Below, in pieces: positions 36,391-47,036 of a DNA stretch of 47,036 nucleotides. The stretch comes from Macrostomum lignano. Taxonomy: Eukaryota. The DNA is taken from NCBI GenBank assembly GCA_002269645.1, contig NIVC01004401.1:1-47036 (forward strand), written 5' to 3'. The stretch's first letter is position 1, and the number at the start of each line of letters is the position of its first letter. The translations under genes and the position numbers were made by a program. The notes beneath the pieces were generated by a model, which was not told the origin of the DNA, made no database searches, and worked only from the letters and a program-made list of their open reading frames with translations.

Positions 36391-37244
36391 GATACTTTCT
36401 GTACACGTCTCGAGTCCAACACGCATTGATTTGTTTATTTCTACATTCCATTTCAAAGCAGCCCGCACTCCTCATCTCAGTACGGGCGTAAATATATTTT
36501 TGGTAAACTTCGGCCTTTACAAAAGGCTTCCTAGAAACACGGGCTTGAATATTCGTTCTTTAAATTAAGGAGCAACTACATGTACTCTATTTGATGCTTA
36601 AGACTATCGGATAGCGAGAAGCAAGAGGGAGAGGAGCTTATAGAGGCGATATATGCTGAAGAGGCTGAAGGGGATTGAAAACCTCGCCTTCAGTGATTCA
36701 TCGATCCGCGGGAGGGGGGGACTAACTAACGAGCTGCTGGAACACAAATAGCCTCAGCCATAGCTTAGCGTACATCTGCATCATTACTAAACCCTCGTCT
36801 ACTGGGCACTAGAGGCTGGATTGTACAGCGCCGGGGAGATACAAGGGGTCTGTTGGGATTTCGGGAGCGCTTTCCACTCTTCCCAATCTCTTCCCCAATC
36901 TCTTTTCCCTTTTTCGCTGCACATCGCCTCATCTGTCTTCCCGCATGGTAAAAGGCAAAAAGGCGGTTTTATGCATCAATACTGTCCCATATGTGTGTAA
37001 TACACAGCACGGCGTGATCTGTACGGGAGGCCAGGCAGTTCTGCGCGTGCATGAATATCCCTCCTGTTTTCGCTCCAAACCATCTTCCTGCAAGGCTGCA
37101 CCACAGAGCCCGGGCTTGGCTGTCAATGGTGGGAGCTATTTTTAGCAACTATGACGCATGCGGGTCTGCCCTTGTGAATCAAGGAAAGGAGAGGCGTTCA
37201 AACCGTTGCAGTTGGGGGGAAAGGATACGGGGGGAATTCTCTGT

Positions 37245-37410
37245 CTCAGGCGCTTAATATCTCTGTCTCTGGCGCTTAAATTCTCGGTCTCTGGCGCTTA
37301 ATATCTGTGTCCCTGGCGCTTAAATTATCGGTCTCTGGCGCTTAATATCTGTGTCCCTGGCGCTTAAATTATCGGTCTCTGGCGCTTAATATCTGTGTCC
37401 CTGGCGCTAA
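37245..37410. repeat. 22-bp monomer / 44-bp dimer tandem repeat
   Basis: CTCTGGCGCTTAATATCTGTGT alternates with CCCTGGCGCTTAAATTATCGGT. Confidence 0.88.
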
Positions 37411-38074
37411 ATTTTCTGTTTCTGGCGCTGAATCATTAAGCAGTATAAGTAGTATACTTAAGCAGTATAACAACCAGGAAGACAGTAACGATGTGATTTA
37501 TTATTTTACGACAAACAGCTTCGTATTTTGTTTCCAAATAATCTCACAGGACCAGACGATGTTTTCTGTATATATATAATATTCGTTTACATGCTTTATT
37601 AGCAAAATATTTTTCACGCAGGGCTGACATCAAAGATGTAAGTTGCTTCGCTTATTCAGCTTCGTACGAGCTTCAGCTTTGCCTTTGACCAGGTAAAAAT
37701 AATCCAGCAAAATCTCATTTCCTTTTCGCTTAATAGATTCCCGAGGCTTGTATCCTGTTTCAAAAGGGGGAAGTCCAGGGGTAGGAAAGGAAGAGAGGAT
37801 TCGGCGGCATCGCTTCGTTAAAATCTGGATGGAGCGGAAATGCTTGGTTGATGCAGGGTGAGGGGGCACGCGGTTCGGCATCTGCGCCTGTGGAGAATTG
37901 AAACTGGGCGGCGCCCAGCCTCCCGATCCCCTCTAGGCATCGCAGTTGCTGGGAGCAACGCGCAAAGGGAGTGGCCCATTTGCGCCCCCCGTCAAGGCCT
38001 TCCTTTGGGGATCAAAGCTGCCAGGAATGAGAATTTGGGATGTTGGGAAAAAAGCATGCTGAAGAAGTGAACGG

Positions 38075-39430
38075 TCAGCTGAGACACTCATGGGGGGTTG
38101 GCTGAGACACTCATGGGGGGTTGGCTGAGACACTCATGGGGGTTGGCTGAGACACTCATGGGGGTTGGCTGAGACACTCATGGGGGTTGGCTGAGACACT
38201 CATGGGGGGTTGGCTGAGACACTCATGGGGGGGTTGGCTGAGACACTCATGGGGGTTGGCTGAGACACTCATGGGGGGTTGGCTGAGACACTCATGGGGG
38301 TTGGCTGAGACACTCATGGGGGGTTGGCTGAGACACTCATGGGGGGTTGGCTGAGACACTCATGGGGGGTTGGCTGAGACACTCATGGGGGGTTGGCTGA
38401 GACACTCATGGGGGGTTGGCTGAGACACTCATGGGGGGTAGCTGAGACTCCCATGGGGGTAGAGAAAGGGTTAGCTGAGACACTCGTGGAGGGTAGAGGA
38501 GGGTTAGATGAGACACCCATGGGTGTAGAGAAAGGGTTAGCTGAGACACTCGTGGAGGGTAGAGGAGGGTTAGATGAGACACCCATGGGGTAGAGAAAGG
38601 GTTAGCTGAGACACCCATGGGGGTAGAGAAAGGGTTAGATGAGACATCCATGGGGAAGAGAAAGGGTTAGATGGGACACCCATGGGGGTAGAGAAAGGGT
38701 TAGATGAGACACCCATGGGGGTAGAGAAAGGGTTAGATGAGACACCCATGGGGGTAGAGAAAGGGTTAGATGAGACACCCATGGGGTAGAGAAAGGTTTA
38801 GATGAGACACCCATGGGGAAGAGAAAGGGTTAGATGGGACACCCATGGGGTAGAGAAAGGGTTAGATGAGGCACCCATGGGGGTAGAGAAAGGGTTAGCT
38901 GAGACACCCATGGGGGTAAAGAAAAGGTTAGATGAGACACCCATGTAGGTAAAGTAAGGGTTAGATGAGACACCCATGGGGGTAGAGAAAGGGTTAGATG
39001 AGACACCCATGGGGAAGAGAAAGGGTTAGATGGGACACCCATGGGGTAGAGAAAGGGTTAGATGAGAAACCCATGGGGGTAGAGAAAGGGTTAGATGAGG
39101 CACCCATGGGGGTAGAGAAAGGGTTAGATGAGACACCCATGGGGGTAGAGAAAGGGTTAGATGAGACACCCATGGGGGTAAAGAAAAGGTTAGATGAGAC
39201 ACCCATGGAGGTAAAGTAAGGGTTAGATGAGACACCCATGGGGGTAGAGAAAGGGTTAGATGAGACACCCATGGGGGTAGAGAAAGGGTTAGATGAGAAA
39301 CCCATGGGGGTAGAGAAAGGGTTAGATGAGGCACCCATGGGGGTAGAGAAAGGGTTAGATGAGGCACCCATGGGGGTAGAGAAAGGGTTAGATGAGACAC
39401 CCATGGGGGTAGAGAAAGGGTTAGATGTGA
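38075..39430. repeat. Compound G-rich minisatellite: 22-24-bp unit changing into a 33-bp unit
   Basis: GGCTGAGACACTCATGGGGGGTT (38075-38440), then GGGTTAGATGAGACACCCATGGGGGTAGAGAAA (38440-39430). Confidence 0.95.
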
Positions 39431-40019
39431 CACACATGGTTACCAAGAGCTGTTCAAAAGTGCTGACCTTGATTTGTGCTTTGCAAATAAATGCAGCAAG
39501 TAGTCTGGCAGCCAATGCACTTTAAGCGGCCTGGAAGATTTCCATTGACCTGGCAGTTCAGCCTGTTGCAAACATTTTTCTGTCGCATATTTTTTCGATT
39601 ATTCACTTTTCAAGTTTTGTTTCCACACGGTGGTAATTGCGCATGTAGGCACTTTGCCATGCATTTATAATAACCGTATGCGTGTTCCACAGTAATGCGT
39701 ACAATTTTTACTTTCTATATTCGTTATTACATGTTAAATGTATAAATGCGTCTGGAAACTGGGACAATGAGCTTTCTTTACTCTACTGAACAAATGTTGA
39801 GTCACTCAATTGTATTTAATATGTACATTACATCAGTGTACAGAAACTGGGTCTGCGCTGGCTTGCGGTACAGCTTGGCAGTGTATCTGGAAAAAGGATA
39901 TTATATTTTATTTCCTTCGAGTCAGATTTTAATTGCACTCAATGAGTACAATACTGAATATGTCATTGCAGTTGAATCTATAGGGAGGGGCTCGTCTTGT
40001 AGCTTCTTACCCTCTGTGC

Positions 40020-40435
40020 TATATTCTGGTCATAGAGGATAAGCTTCTGTTCTATTCTGGTCATAGAGGATTAAGCTTCTGTTCTATTCTGGTCATAGAG
40101 GATAAGCTTCTGTTCTATTCTGGTCATAGAGGATAAGCTTCTGTTCTATTCTGGTCATAGAGGATAAGCTTCTGTTCTATTCTGGTCATAGAGGATAAGC
40201 TTCTGTTCTATTCTGGTCATAGAGGATTAAGCTTCTGTTCTATTCTGGTCATAGAGGATAAGCTTCTGTTCTATTCTGGTCATAGAGGATAAGCTTCTGT
40301 TCTATTCTGGTCATAGAGGATAAGCTTCTGTTCTATTCTGGTCATAGAGGATAAGCTTCTGTTCTATTCTGGTCATGGAGGATAAGCTTCTGTTCTATTC
40401 TGGTCATAGAGGATAAGCTTCTGTTCCATTCTGGT
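40020..40435. repeat. 31-bp minisatellite, ~13 copies
   Basis: Unit AAGCTTCTGTTCTATTCTGGTCATAGAGGAT, head-to-tail with no spacers. Confidence 0.95.
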
Positions 40436-42081
40436 CATCGTCGTTGGCTCCTGTCCAATCATGATCATAACTGGTGAGTGGTGACTTGTCCTTCTTAGCC
40501 TTTCATCTGGTCATTTGAGTAGCTTCTTCGTTGCCCTTCAATAAATCATTCATGCAGTGATTTTATTCTTTCAAGGACCACATAGACAGATTTTCAGAGC
40601 AAAAATTTGTTAAATTGGTCAACGGAAGCAGTTAGCTAATTTCGTCAGTTTTAATAATCACGTGATTTTTAAAATCGCACAGCCCAGTTAGGCAAGGCTC
40701 AGGTATGTCTACAGTCTGAGATAACTGCTATCTTATTTATCGAGTTTTAAGTTTCAATTCCAAATTATTCACCGGTAAAAAGGGTTTGATACTTATTCGA
40801 GAAGTCGATACTTATCTTCCAATCTTAGTCAGTTAAAATGCTTGCAATATCAAATCAATTTTAACTTAAGATGCCGGTAATGGTACCTAACATGGCAATT
40901 AATTATTACATTGTTTGCGTTCATGTGTACTTTATTTTATGGTCAGTTAGTCAAACCAGATATCTGGGTCAAAGTTTATGCCACATTATTAAGTCAGAAT
41001 GAAATCTGCGTTAGCTTGCTCGAAACGAATTTTCAAAATGAAAAATGTACAGTATTGCTTCACTTGTTCGGCAGTGTATCACACTTCGCTATCTAAATTT
41101 GAGATCTGAATGTGTTCGGAATGACTCCATGAGTCCATTTAAGTGCGACATTTGTAAAGGTTATAACTAAAACCGAGGTGCCAAGGTCAAGCAAGGCCGG
41201 CCTCCGTCGAAGCATTATATGGTTGCAGTGTTGCACCATACTAACGCCAGTCAAAGCTTTATGCAAACTTTATTATACTCGTATTTAGTTGCCTACCTCT
41301 TTCTTACATTGCCAGTATAGGCTTCTATATCTTAGGTGGATTGCAGCTGTAATCTACCCTTCTTTTTCTTTATCGTGCCGTTTTCGTGCCGTTTCTTTAC
41401 GGTTTACGAGACTGTGAAAGGCTTGGGAGGTGGGGTGGGTGATACGAGATAACAGACTTGAGGGTCGAGGTGGGGGCCTGTTTTAATTCTTTAGACCCAC
41501 CCGCGCCACAGCACACCCATCCCCCTGTCTGCCCCAACCCCCAGTCCACAACCCCCCGACCAATAGGCTGTGTACTCTTTCAGCGGGGGTAGAGGGGTGG
41601 GCTGGGCTAGAGGGGAGCTGTGTTCCTAAAATACTAGGCTAGGTCTGAAGAGCCGTTTCGTTTCTTTAAAACCGGCCTCACTAAGAGCGTAGGACTCGAA
41701 GGAGGCTATTCGGAATTTCGTTGTCAGGATTTCAACTTAGCTTCCGTTTATTCCTCCATTTCTACGGCCCCTTCAATCCCATTCTTATTTGTCTTTTAAA
41801 GGCCCCCGTATCATCTGTATTATTTGCTATTAATTTAATACTAGGCTATATATCTTCGACCATTTTTTCCAATCGAGGTCTTTTACAATTGACTTTATCA
41901 AATTATTTTAACAATCTTTCTCCTGCCGGTCGGGTGAGTTACTCGTCTTTGTGCCTGCCTGCGAGTGGATCACAGGCAAGAGTTTGTCGAATCGAATGCC
42001 ATCAATCGAATAGGACTTGAAACTAGCAACACAGCTGAGAAAGACGAAAGAAGACTTCTTCTTAAGCATAACTCAGACTAG

Positions 42082-42863
42082 ATGCACAAGAAGTTAATGA
42101 ACAGCAATGGAGGCCAGGGTCAGGCCGTACTTACCCAGCGCCATCAGACAACGGCTGCCCAGGTTTTGACGGCTGCCGCGGCAGCGGCCGCCGTTTCACC
42201 GCAGCAGCAGCATCAGCAGCAAGCACAGCACCAGCAACAGCAACCGCTCCAGCAGCATTCGCCATTGGACAAATCCAACTACGGCGGCGGCGGCGGCGGC
42301 GGTAGTGGCGGTGGTGGCGGCGGCGGTGGAGGCGGCAGCGGCGGGCTCAACTACTCAACTGCTGGGTTGGTTAAGTTCCCACCAGGTCTGCTGAACTCTT
42401 TGCCAAAGCAGCCACCGCCGCAACAACAGGAGGCAACGCTAGGCTCCGGTCTGCCAGTATCAGCCGAGCAGCAGCTTCAAGCGCAGATGTACCAGCTGGC
42501 TGCTCTTCAGCAGCAGCAGCAGCAGCAAGTTCAAGCTGCATTGCATCATCATCATCAACAGCAGCAGCAGCAGCAGCAGCAACAACAACAACAGCAGCAG
42601 CAGCAGCAACAGGTTCAGCAGCAGCAATTGCTGCTTGGCCTTCAAAGAGCTCAGCAGCAGATGGAGTTGCAACGTTTGCAGGCTCATTCTCAGATGATGC
42701 AACAACAGCAACAACAGCAGCAGCAGCAACAACAGCAGAAATACAATGGCCTAATAAATCGATGGGAAGCGCAGTTCCCGGATGTGCCGCAGCCGCCATT
42801 TTGGATGCTGCACCAGTTTCAAGACGATTTATATCGAAATCCGGCATCAACCCAGGCTGACAG
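42082..42863 (+). CDS. PolyQ/polyG/polyA regulator-like gene, first recognised coding exon
   Basis: GC-rich ORF with mixed CAG/CAA glutamine tracts, ending AG|gtgaga (phase 2). Further upstream exons are not excluded, since the ATG is directly preceded by AG. Confidence 0.8.
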
Positions 42864-43056
42864 GTGAGAGAGAGTCAGTAAATAGAAATTACATTTAATC
42901 ATAGCATCAATTATACAATAAAAAGCAGGCACGTTGCAAGCCGTTGCTTCTGCGTCGTGCTTCGCTTTCTTTGAATTGTGTAAAATTATACGGCACGTTC
43001 AAACATGGAGTTCAGTATTCAGCTTAGTGCCGGCCATGGGGATGGGGGCTTGGACA

Positions 43057-43433
43057 CATAGATAAAGTATACCATAGATTCCACCCCTGCCCAGAATGTA
43101 CACACGCTCGTGTCCAAACTTTGACCACCATAAAACTCACCGTGCTCTCATTGGCTGGCGCGAAAGCCTTCCTTTCAACACCTTCGATTTCATTCCCTCA
43201 CCCCTTCCACACAAGAAAGCTTTACAACTTTAATGCGCGGAACGAAAGGATGTCTTACCAGTTTCAACAGTTAAAGCGGAGATAATAGAAAAGCGGAGTT
43301 GGGGGAATGTACACACGTGGACTCAATGTGCATAGCGTGGCCCAGCCAATAGGAGCGCAGTGAATAAAGTGATGGTCACAATTTAGACACTCCGCGGGGG
43401 TAGGGGTGGAATCTATGGTATACTTTATCTATG
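43057..43433 (+). mobile_element. 377-bp P-superfamily-like MITE, copy C (intronic)
   Basis: Near-identical to copy A. Exact 8-bp TSD CTTGGACA. Confidence 0.95.
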
Positions 43434-44499
43434 CTTGGACATTTACGACGTTGAGGTTTGCGTAGAACTAACAGAGCCTTTAGGCAATGTACATTGCAAT
43501 CCCTGTGTATAGAAAGAACTGCTGTGTGAGTCAGACTGGCGCGTATGTACATTCAGCTAATTATATTGAATGTACATTCCTGAACCCCCCTTTGGGGCCA
43601 TCCAGTAAATGGGTGTTCCGATTCTCGCGGCTGGGGGTTGAAATGAAACAAGGCCCCTCCCTCTCCACACGCACTCTTTCTTTCTTCCAGTCTTTGTACC
43701 AGTGCCAAATTTCCTTCCTCTCATTCAGGCAATAAAGCAATATAGAGAGAACAAGAAAGCTAGAAATGGCACGCATTAGCACAGCGCAGCAGCTACGAAC
43801 TTTGCTTACAATTACGCATCAATGCAATACTATTTATTAGCACTATTTCTACCTTGCCAAGATAGCAATCGAACTATTTTCTATTTCTAGTCAGGTTTAT
43901 TATGATGAAACTCACTATTTGCGTACTACTTTAACTCATAAAAGCTGGCTGATTCATATCTTACCAAACTTCCAATGTACATGCACACACTGTAAGACAG
44001 ACAGTTCGCACCTATCTACGACGCTTAGTGCCAAACATTTCTAACCTTGCCTTCCACTGACCACGATTTAGCTTAAGTTAACGACAAGCTTAACGATACT
44101 TCTTAACAGTTTTTATGAAGTTAACAGATTCTGTTCTAGCGTATCCCTTGTTTCTGTTTCTCTTTTAGCTAGTCTGCGTTTTTCAAGTGTTGCAAACGAT
44201 TTGAAGTGGGGACCCTGCACTCCAGTAAACTCTATTCCAGCAGTAGCAAGCTTAACGCTACGTCGCCCCCAAGAGCCGGAAATTGATACCTTTTCCAGAA
44301 GTTTAACGCAGACAGCAGCATCGAGAAAGCAAATGCCTGACTTACTATTGCCTATTAATACTGGGCTTCTCTCTAATGGCTGGTAATTCTGGGGATAATG
44401 TAATGTAATGCATCAGATTTTCAGCTTCTAAAACATGTGATCTTCGATCTGCTCAGGTCTGCCCGATTCTGCTCGCATATTTATATCCGTACCTTCTCC

Positions 44500-44870
44500 C
44501 TCTGCCTTGCCCTCCCTCTGTTTTGCTCTCCCCCTGTCTTGCCCTCTCCCTCTGCCTTGCCCTCTCCCTCTGCCTTGCCCTCTCCCTCTGCCTTGCCCTC
44601 TCCCTCCCTGCCTTGCCCTCTCCCTCTCTGCCTTGCCCTCTCCCTCTCTGCCTTGCCCTCTCCCTCTGCCTTGCCCTCTCCCTCTCTGCCTTGCCCTCTC
44701 CCTCTCTGCCTTGCCCTCTCCCTCTCTGCCTTGCCCTCTCCCTCTGCCTTGCCCTCTCCCTCTCTGCCTTGCCCTCTCCCTCTCTGCCTTGCCCTCTCCC
44801 TCTGCCTTGCCCTCTCCCTCTCTGCCTTGCCCTCTCCCTCTCTGCCTTGCCCTCTCCCTCTGCCTCCCGC
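44500..44870. repeat. 18-20-bp pyrimidine-rich intronic minisatellite
   Basis: Unit CTCTGCCTTGCCCTCTCC(CT), upstream of the 44976 acceptor. Confidence 0.93.
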
Positions 44871-44976
44871 TCCACTCACTTCCCTATCCAACCCTTCCAG
44901 TTTCAATTTCCTCTCCCCTCTTACCACCTTTTTTCTCACCCTAACTAAGCCCTAACTAAAACTTTCCATCCTGCAG

Positions 44977-46437
44977 CTCCCAGCGCCCCAACGCGACCAG
45001 ACGTCCACCAGACGATGAGCCGCTGACGCCCGCCAAGGCTAGAAAATGTTTGCAGCCGTCCATTTCGACCTCGCTGGCTGTCACCACCGGCGGCGCGCGG
45101 GAACTCGCGGGGCGGTGGCGGCGCAGCGGCGGGTGTCCAAGCTTCCGACCTGGTCGAGCAGCACTTCAACCTGAGCATCGGGAAGATCAACAGCCAGCTG
45201 GGGGGCAGCAAGTCCGATCAGAATCTGCTTCAGCAGCAGCGCGTCAATCATTCTCCCGCGAGTTCTGGGGTTGCTATGCAGCAACGTGGCCGGCCCCAGC
45301 AACCCAGTCCGCAACAGTCTCAGCTGTCTCAGGGCCCTCCGCTGCTCACCAACCAACACAGCCTGCTGCACCAGCAGCAGCAGCAGCAGGGTCGGCAGTC
45401 GTCCAACTCGGCCGTAGCTTCCGCTCCCCCGTGCTCACCGCTCAGCAGCCGCTTCCTCTTCATCAGGCTGCTCAGCAGCAGCAACAGCAGCCGCATCAGA
45501 ATTATCCAGCCTCTGTCAGCGCGGCTGCGGCGGCCGCGGCGGCTGCCGCCTCAACGGCGCCAAACTTCGCTCTGGCAGCCGTGGCAGCCGCGGCCGCGGC
45601 CGCCGCCGCCGCCTCAACCGCTGGTATCGGAGGATCACGCCCCAGTCAGGTGCCGCCGGCGACGGTTTCTGGTGGCCAGAGATCAGGCCAGCACCAGCAG
45701 CTGCATCACCAGCAGCAGCTCTATCAGCAGCAGCACCAGCAGCATCATCATCAGTTGATCCTTGAGCAGGCAGCTGCGATGCAACTGCAACAGCAGCAAC
45801 AGCAGCAATTGCACATGCAGCTGCAACAGCTTCAACAGCAACAAATGCAGCAGCAACAGCACCATCAGCAGCAGCAGCACCATCAGCAGCAGCAGCCAGT
45901 TCCTAATCAGCTGCAGCTTCAGCAGATTCAGCAGCACTTCCAGCAGCAGCAGCAGCAACAGCAACAGCAGCATCATCCGCAGCAGTTGCAGCCTCGCCGC
46001 CGCCGCCTCAGCAGCAGCCACAGCAGCAACAGCCGCAGCAGCCGCAGAATCCCCATCAGCAGCATCAGCATCACTCCGCTCATCATAGCCAGCATCATCA
46101 GCAGCATCAGCATCACTCCGCTCATCATAGCCAGCATCATCAGCAGCAGCACAAGTCCAACACTCCCAGTAATTCCACGTCCTCGCCAACCGGGTCCATC
46201 ACCAGCACGGGAACACCGGGTCCCGCGGCGGGCAGCGGCGCCTGCGGTGGCGGCTCCAGACTCACTCCGCATCATCAGCTGGGCCAGCAGCATCACTCCA
46301 CTGCGCGCCGGAGCTACCGGGCCAGCCAGCAACTCCTGCTCAGCCACGCGCAGAAGTTCGGCCTGAAGAAGGCTTGGCTACGCCGGGTGCAGGAGGAGCA
46401 GCGAGAGGAGCGCGACGGGGCCCAGCGACTCGGATGA
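44977..46437 (+). CDS. PolyQ regulator-like gene, second exon, with three apparent frame switches; Tondu-like and LKKAWL motifs
   Basis: Strong acceptor cctaactaaaactttccatcctgcag|C completes AG+C. Gln/His/Ala-rich protein-like reading alternates between frames at ~45045, ~45428 and ~45993, and ends TGA at 46435-46437. True structure uncertain. Confidence 0.65.
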
Positions 46438-46904
46438 CCAGGTTGGCGCTTGATTGATGCCCTGGGGCGCTGTGCGCATCTTTCTTGCATCTCCTGCAGA
46501 ATCTTTTGTGCCTGAAATGACTCCTGATCTGACCTTCTTTTTACTCGTTCCCCTACTGCAATCCTCTTCTGTTCCCCCTCTTCCATACAGCAACAGCAAC
46601 AGCAACACTTCTTATATAAATCAGGCCTGTTGATTCCAGTGATTTTCCCTGTCTGTCTCCCTGAGCAATCTACGCTGGCTGGCCTGCTTCTCTCTTTGAT
46701 CTGCCTCAGTGACTGCTTTTCCTGCAATCATGGGAGAGCATCCAGCGGCGTCTTTTATCTAGAATCGGAGGTCCCACGGCCTGGAATTCTCTCCAATTGC
46801 TGTTTTGAAAAATTAGAAATATTGAATATGAATCAGTAGCTTCAATAAATCCGAATCACTGATTCCATTCTGTCTTGGTCTGGTTGTTATGCATTAATAG
46901 TTGG

Positions 46905-47036
46905 CAGACGAGAGACAGACACTAGACAGGCAGACAGACAGACACTAAGACAGACAGAACAGACAGACACTAAGACAGGCAGACAGACAGACACTAAGAC
47001 AGGCAGACAGACAGACATGACAGACAGACAGACAGA
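46905..47036. repeat. (GACA)n-based microsatellite running off the window end
   Basis: GACA/GGCA units with interspersed CACTAA. Confidence 0.92.

Noticed and set aside
28300-39525. Many long ORFs in the track (e.g. 28998-29720, 30200-30988, 35344-36475, 38994-39515)
   Set aside because: They are translations of stop-poor minisatellites, open in several frames and on both strands.
40020-40435. Regular ~31-bp repeats resembling a CRISPR array (also 34000-34772 and 15170-15500)
   Set aside because: Units are head-to-tail with no unique spacers, no cas genes are present, and the context is eukaryotic.

Overview
Eukaryotic (animal) genomic DNA with GC-rich exons in AT-rich, minisatellite-laden non-coding sequence. 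The style suggests a free-living flatworm such as Macrostomum, which is inference only. Contents: (1) an intact O-GlcNAc transferase gene (OGT, + strand, 9 supported coding exons from 6146 to 17051 plus a candidate 13-nt first coding exon). All 8 supported introns carry their own tandem-repeat family. Its longest intron sits at the position of the regulated, detained intron 4 of mammalian OGT, ends in a weak AAG acceptor and contains candidate poison/decoy exons. (2) A single-exon orphan Gly/Pro/Tyr/Gln-rich gene (21869-22504). (3) A two-exon polyQ/polyA regulator-like gene (42082-46437). Its second exon must be read across three homopolymer-associated frame switches, which exposes a Tondu/Vestigial-like VEQHFNLSIGK motif and an LKKAWL motif absent from the ORF track. 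(4) Ten non-autonomous DNA transposon copies from seven families, defined by TIRs and (for most) TSDs; three families look P-superfamily-like (CA..TG ends, 8-bp TSD). (5) About 25 mini/microsatellites. No transposase, rRNA, tRNA or CRISPR array is supported.
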